NCBI GenBank assembly: GCA_947465765.1 | Contig: CANIAP010000008.1 | Span: 3,152-67,151, forward strand | Length of the DNA stretch: 64,000 bases | Reading direction: 5' to 3' | From: a bacterium | GTDB lineage: Bacteria > Margulisbacteria > Marinamargulisbacteria > SXXA01 | In this document: positions 60,711 through 64,000 of the stretch, piece after piece | Layout: the number at the start of each line of letters is the position of its first letter | Numbering within the stretch: position 1 is the first letter of the stretch | Position numbers and translations under genes: made by a program | Notes under the pieces: generated by a model | Database searches by the model: none | Told to the model about the DNA's origin: nothing | What the model saw: only the letters and a program-made list of their open reading frames with translations

Positions 60711-63353
60711 TTAGCCCGTTCCACGTAATCCATTCGAAATCGCATTAATCGTCATTAATCCCGTGACCAGCCAGGCGTCTTCATCCTCCCGATGCAGACG
60801 TCGCGCCGATCGCCATTCGGTCAGCGCATGGATCTGGAACCGGTGAAGCACGTCTAACATCTCTTTTCGCTTGGCAATCGTCCGGGCCAAGCGAGGGCGA
60901 CGAACCTCAAACGACGCCCCAAATACCTCATCAAGCATTCGCGTGGTGAGCTCATATTCGGCGCAGAGTGGGTCCATAACGAGCGCGCGGAGGTCAGCGT
61001 CGGGCTCAAGCATTGAATACGCCGTCATCCATTCCAAACTCGCACTTTTAAGGGCCATTTCAACGTTAGTCAACACAAATTCGATCTGAGAAAACGTGCG
61101 TAACTGTTTAAAATTGGACGGAGATTGTGCCCTCAACGTCTGAAGCATCGTTCCCACTCCGTACCACGCCGTAAAGTTAAACCGGGTTTGGCTTTGGCAT
61201 AATGCAAAGGGAATTGCCCTCAAATCTGCCAACGTATTGGCCCCGGTCCGACGGGTGGGACGCGACCCCATTCGGGCAAATTCCAAAATATCCAGGGGCG
61301 TTACGTGGGTAAAAAATCCGGTAAACTCGGGGGTCGTCACCAATGCACGATACGCCGTCGATGCCACCTGCGTCGCCGAGGTAAACCAAGCCGGTAAGGC
61401 GGTCGCATTCGGTTCGGCGTCATGATGAAGAAGGGCAGACAGCGCATTCTGAATACTCCAGGCCGACATGAAGGGAACCAGGTGATTTTGCGCGATAATT
61501 TGACCTTGCTCCGTATATTCAAACCCCGCCACCCGGGCGGATGGCAAACTATTGGCAATGAGATATTTGATCGGGGCCGCCCCGCGAATCAAGGTCCCCC
61601 CCACCCCTTCAAAAAAGATCGGAGCATAGCCATTACGGGCTAGAAATTCAGCCACTTTTTCACGGGTGTCCCGCATCAATCGGAAGTTATCAATGATCCC
61701 AGCGTCTTTTCCACCATCGCTGTGGCCACACATCATCCGGACGCCCGGCACCCCTGGGAGTGGCTCTCGCTGATGGTGATACTGAATCGTTGCGGCAATC
61801 ATTGGATTGTGAATAAATCCGGTTAAAATAGAAATAACATGGTGATGGTCTTCGGCCGTTTCAATTAATGGCACAATCGGGAGAAGACAGATGGGCGTTG
61901 CCCCTAACGTATACGATAAAAGCCCCGCCTCTCTGGCCAGTAAAAGTACCTGCAATAAATCCGACGACTGCCGGGTCATACTGACAATAATAGACCCCAT
62001 ACATTCGGACCCATACGTTCGAATGGCGTCAGCCGCCACACGCAAACTTTCGATCGCATCGTTGGCCGGTCCAGACAACGGAAAATCCGGCGGGAGAAAT
62101 CGCCGAGGGGACCGAAGTTCTTGGGTAATAAAGTCGCAACGCTCCGAGTCTGACATCGCATCGTAGCGCGCACCACTCATCCCCGTCTGATCCAAAATCC
62201 ACATGACCGCCGCATGATATGACGCGCTATTTTGACGAATATCTTGGGAGACCAAATGGAATCCAAACGTCTTCACTTTTAATACTACCAACGCCGCTTC
62301 GTGGGCCAAAAGATGGGCACCGGCCTCATGTAGCGTGGCTGTTATTAAATTCAATTCCGTGAGCAGGGTTGCCACATCAGTCGTCTCCAATTGTCCTTCG
62401 AGCATCTGACAAAATGCCCGCCACGGTTCTTCCTGTGGGAATCGGGTCGCGATCACCAACGGAACAACGACGCGATTGCGAGAGAGGGACAATAATTCCC
62501 CTAATTCGGTCAATGCGTCACGGACGATTTGTAGGGCCTCGTGACGGTTGCGATCCAAAGTCAACCGGGTTTCTTCGGCGGTGACGTAAGGGTGCCCGTC
62601 CCGGTCGCTGGCCACCCACGATCGGAACCGAACTCGAGGATAATTCGATACCAACGGAATCGATTCTGGGGGACATCCCAAGGACACAAACGCCGAGTGC
62701 ACCTCATTCACAACTAATGCCAAACTATCCGGTAATGAGCCTCTAATTGTACGGGTGATAAAGTCCCGCTCGGTATCCACGGAAGGCTTATCTTGAATAA
62801 ATTCCCCCGTCCCCATTAAACATTCTAAATTTTTTAAAATAAGATCTCGGCGGCGGCGTGATCCATTGGACGTCTGAAGATCCGTAAAAAATTGCCGCAA
62901 TTGGGCAATTAAGGAGGGTCGTCGGGATTCAGTGGGATGGGCCGTAAATACCAATTGGAGAGAAATTCGCTGCCATATCGCACTAATCTCAGCCCATTCA
63001 TGCCCCCGAGTTCGGAGCTCAGCGATGACCTCAGCCACAGACCCACTGACATATTCTGGGCCCACCTGGGCCACCACCGCATTTCGGAAGTCATTGGTGG
63101 CGTTTTGTTCGACGACGTTGAGTACCTGAAATGCCAACGACAAAAGTCCCACGGCTTCCCGTTGATCGGACTCATTTAATTCAGAAATCCGGTCCGGATC
63201 TCCCACAATCGGTAAAATAACTTGAAATCGGGATTTACCAAACTCCACTAAAATTTCGCTTAAACACGACATCATGAGGGCGAAGTCGGCCTGGATTTGG
63301 TCGAAGCCTTGGTCAAGGAGACGGGAGACTTGGGTTTTAGGGGAGTCGTTCAT
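60711..63353 (-). CDS. ppc: Phosphoenolpyruvate carboxylase (divergent)
   Basis: FTAHPTE, DRDG.P.VT, DIRQ.S, VPL.ET, G.SD..KD.G, TEQG, GSRP.RR, LRAIP, C-terminal GLRGTG. Confidence 0.9.
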   Translation of the reverse strand: MNDSPKTQVSRLLDQGFDQIQADFALMMSCLSEILVEFGKSRFQVILPIVGDPDRISELNESDQREAVGLLSLAFQVLNVVEQNATNDFRNAVVAQVGPEYVSGSVAEVIAELRTRGHEWAEISAIWQRISLQLVFTAHPTESRRPSLIAQLRQFFTDLQTSNGSRRRRDLILKNLECLMGTGEFIQDKPSVDTERDFITRTIRGSLPDSLALVVNEVHSAFVSLGCPPESIPLVSNYPRVRFRSWVASDRDGHPYVTAEETRLTLDRNRHEALQIVRDALTELGELLSLSRNRVVVPLVIATRFPQEEPWRAFCQMLEGQLETTDVATLLTELNLITATLHEAGAHLLAHEAALVVLKVKTFGFHLVSQDIRQNSASYHAAVMWILDQTGMSGARYDAMSDSERCDFITQELRSPRRFLPPDFPLSGPANDAIESLRVAADAIRTYGSECMGSIIVSMTRQSSDLLQVLLLAREAGLLSYTLGATPICLLPIVPLIETAEDHHHVISILTGFIHNPMIAATIQYHHQREPLPGVPGVRMMCGHSDGGKDAGIIDNFRLMRDTREKVAEFLARNGYAPIFFEGVGGTLIRGAAPIKYLIANSLPSARVAGFEYTEQGQIIAQNHLVPFMSAWSIQNALSALLHHDAEPNATALPAWFTSATQVASTAYRALVTTPEFTGFFTHVTPLDILEFARMGSRPTRRTGANTLADLRAIPFALCQSQTRFNFTAWYGVGTMLQTLRAQSPSNFKQLRTFSQIEFVLTNVEMALKSASLEWMTAYSMLEPDADLRALVMDPLCAEYELTTRMLDEVFGASFEVRRPRLARTIAKRKEMLDVLHRFQIHALTEWRSARRLHREDEDAWLVTGLMTINAISNGLRGTG

Positions 63354-63466
63354 GACGGTATCATGCAAGGTGGCCGGCCCTTAGGCAAGTCCGAATTGCC
63401 AGGTCAAAGCGCCCTGTAATCTGATTTCTTTGAAATTCTTAGAAACCTCTATAGAATAAGCGTTTC

Positions 63467-64000
63467 ATGCAGTACAAAACCGTAGCGGTTACCTTACACG
63501 TTTTTCTCCCGAATTCTGCCGAATTTGTCGATTTAAAAAAGGAATTTATAGAAGGAAATTGCTTCTCTCAATGCATTTGTTGGGGAATAAATATCCCATT
63601 CGAAGAATCCATTCAAAAAAACCACAAAAATCGCCCACCGGAAGTCTATTTACACCCCCTCGATAGCCGCCGGTTACAGATCTCCGAAACTCTGATCGGA
63701 GACGGTCAGTCGATCGAGTTATCGACACTCCAAACCGTATTCGATCATCCCGATTTTAAATCGGTTCGCACCTCATTTATTGTGTTGATTATTGAAGAAA
63801 CCGTTGGCAAAAAAACCACCGCACACGGTGTCGCCATCAAAAAAAATGACGACAAATTGTCCCTATTTGATCCTCGATTTCAGGTAAACCGCCGGAGCTT
63901 TGCCCTCAATTTTGAGGATACAACAAAGGTCGCTCATTACCTCGCTACAGAATGGCTCTTATTTACCCACGATTTTGTACGACCACCGGATGACGTTGGG
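63467..64000 (+). CDS. YopT/AvrPphB-like (peptidase C58) cysteine protease, partial
   Basis: Not in the ORF track. Open from ATG 63467 to the edge: EGNCFSQCICW ... AHGVAIKKNDDKLSLFDPRF. TTGAAA-16-TAGAAT upstream. Confidence 0.6.
   Translation, partial: MQYKTVAVTLHVFLPNSAEFVDLKKEFIEGNCFSQCICWGINIPFEESIQKNHKNRPPEVYLHPLDSRRLQISETLIGDGQSIELSTLQTVFDHPDFKSVRTSFIVLIIEETVGKKTTAHGVAIKKNDDKLSLFDPRFQVNRRSFALNFEDTTKVAHYLATEWLLFTHDFVRPPDDVG

Noticed and set aside
63546-63728. 60-aa minus-strand ORF
   Set aside because: It is antisense to the longer plus-strand C58-like ORF.

Overview
Bacterial chromosomal window from an apparently diderm organism. A deep-branching lineage such as Ca. Margulisiibacteriota is only a guess from protein style. 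Left to right: (1) orphan ORFs at 1-4485; (2) a tightly coupled six-gene, ~18.7-kb minus-strand operon (23290->4605) of unknown function, headed by a 4061-aa protein with an N-terminal transglutaminase-like/BTLCP Cys-His-Asp domain and about five degenerate helical + hydrophobic-segment (translocator/pore-former-like) modules, then a 1282-aa helical protein, a weakly FliG-like protein, a small membrane protein, a Pro-rich protein and a degenerate PlsC-like acyltransferase; (3) gatCAB, a TPR-like protein and a 1786-aa outer-membrane protein with SprA/Sov (T9SS translocon)-like motifs coupled to hemH-queA; (4) comEA, tRNA-Gly, tig-clpP-clpX-orf-bolA; (5) a pseudaminic-acid-like glycan locus flanked by two LIC12162-family paralogs, with a 5'-truncated RgpF-like gene; (6) glycosyltransferases, an MFS pump, an S4 protein, a divergent PEP carboxylase and a partial YopT/C58-like protease at the right edge. 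The best candidate for an undescribed system is the giant-protein operon, possibly together with the SprA-like barrel. No CRISPR array, rRNA or transposase was seen. All family calls are by motif recognition; no searches were run.
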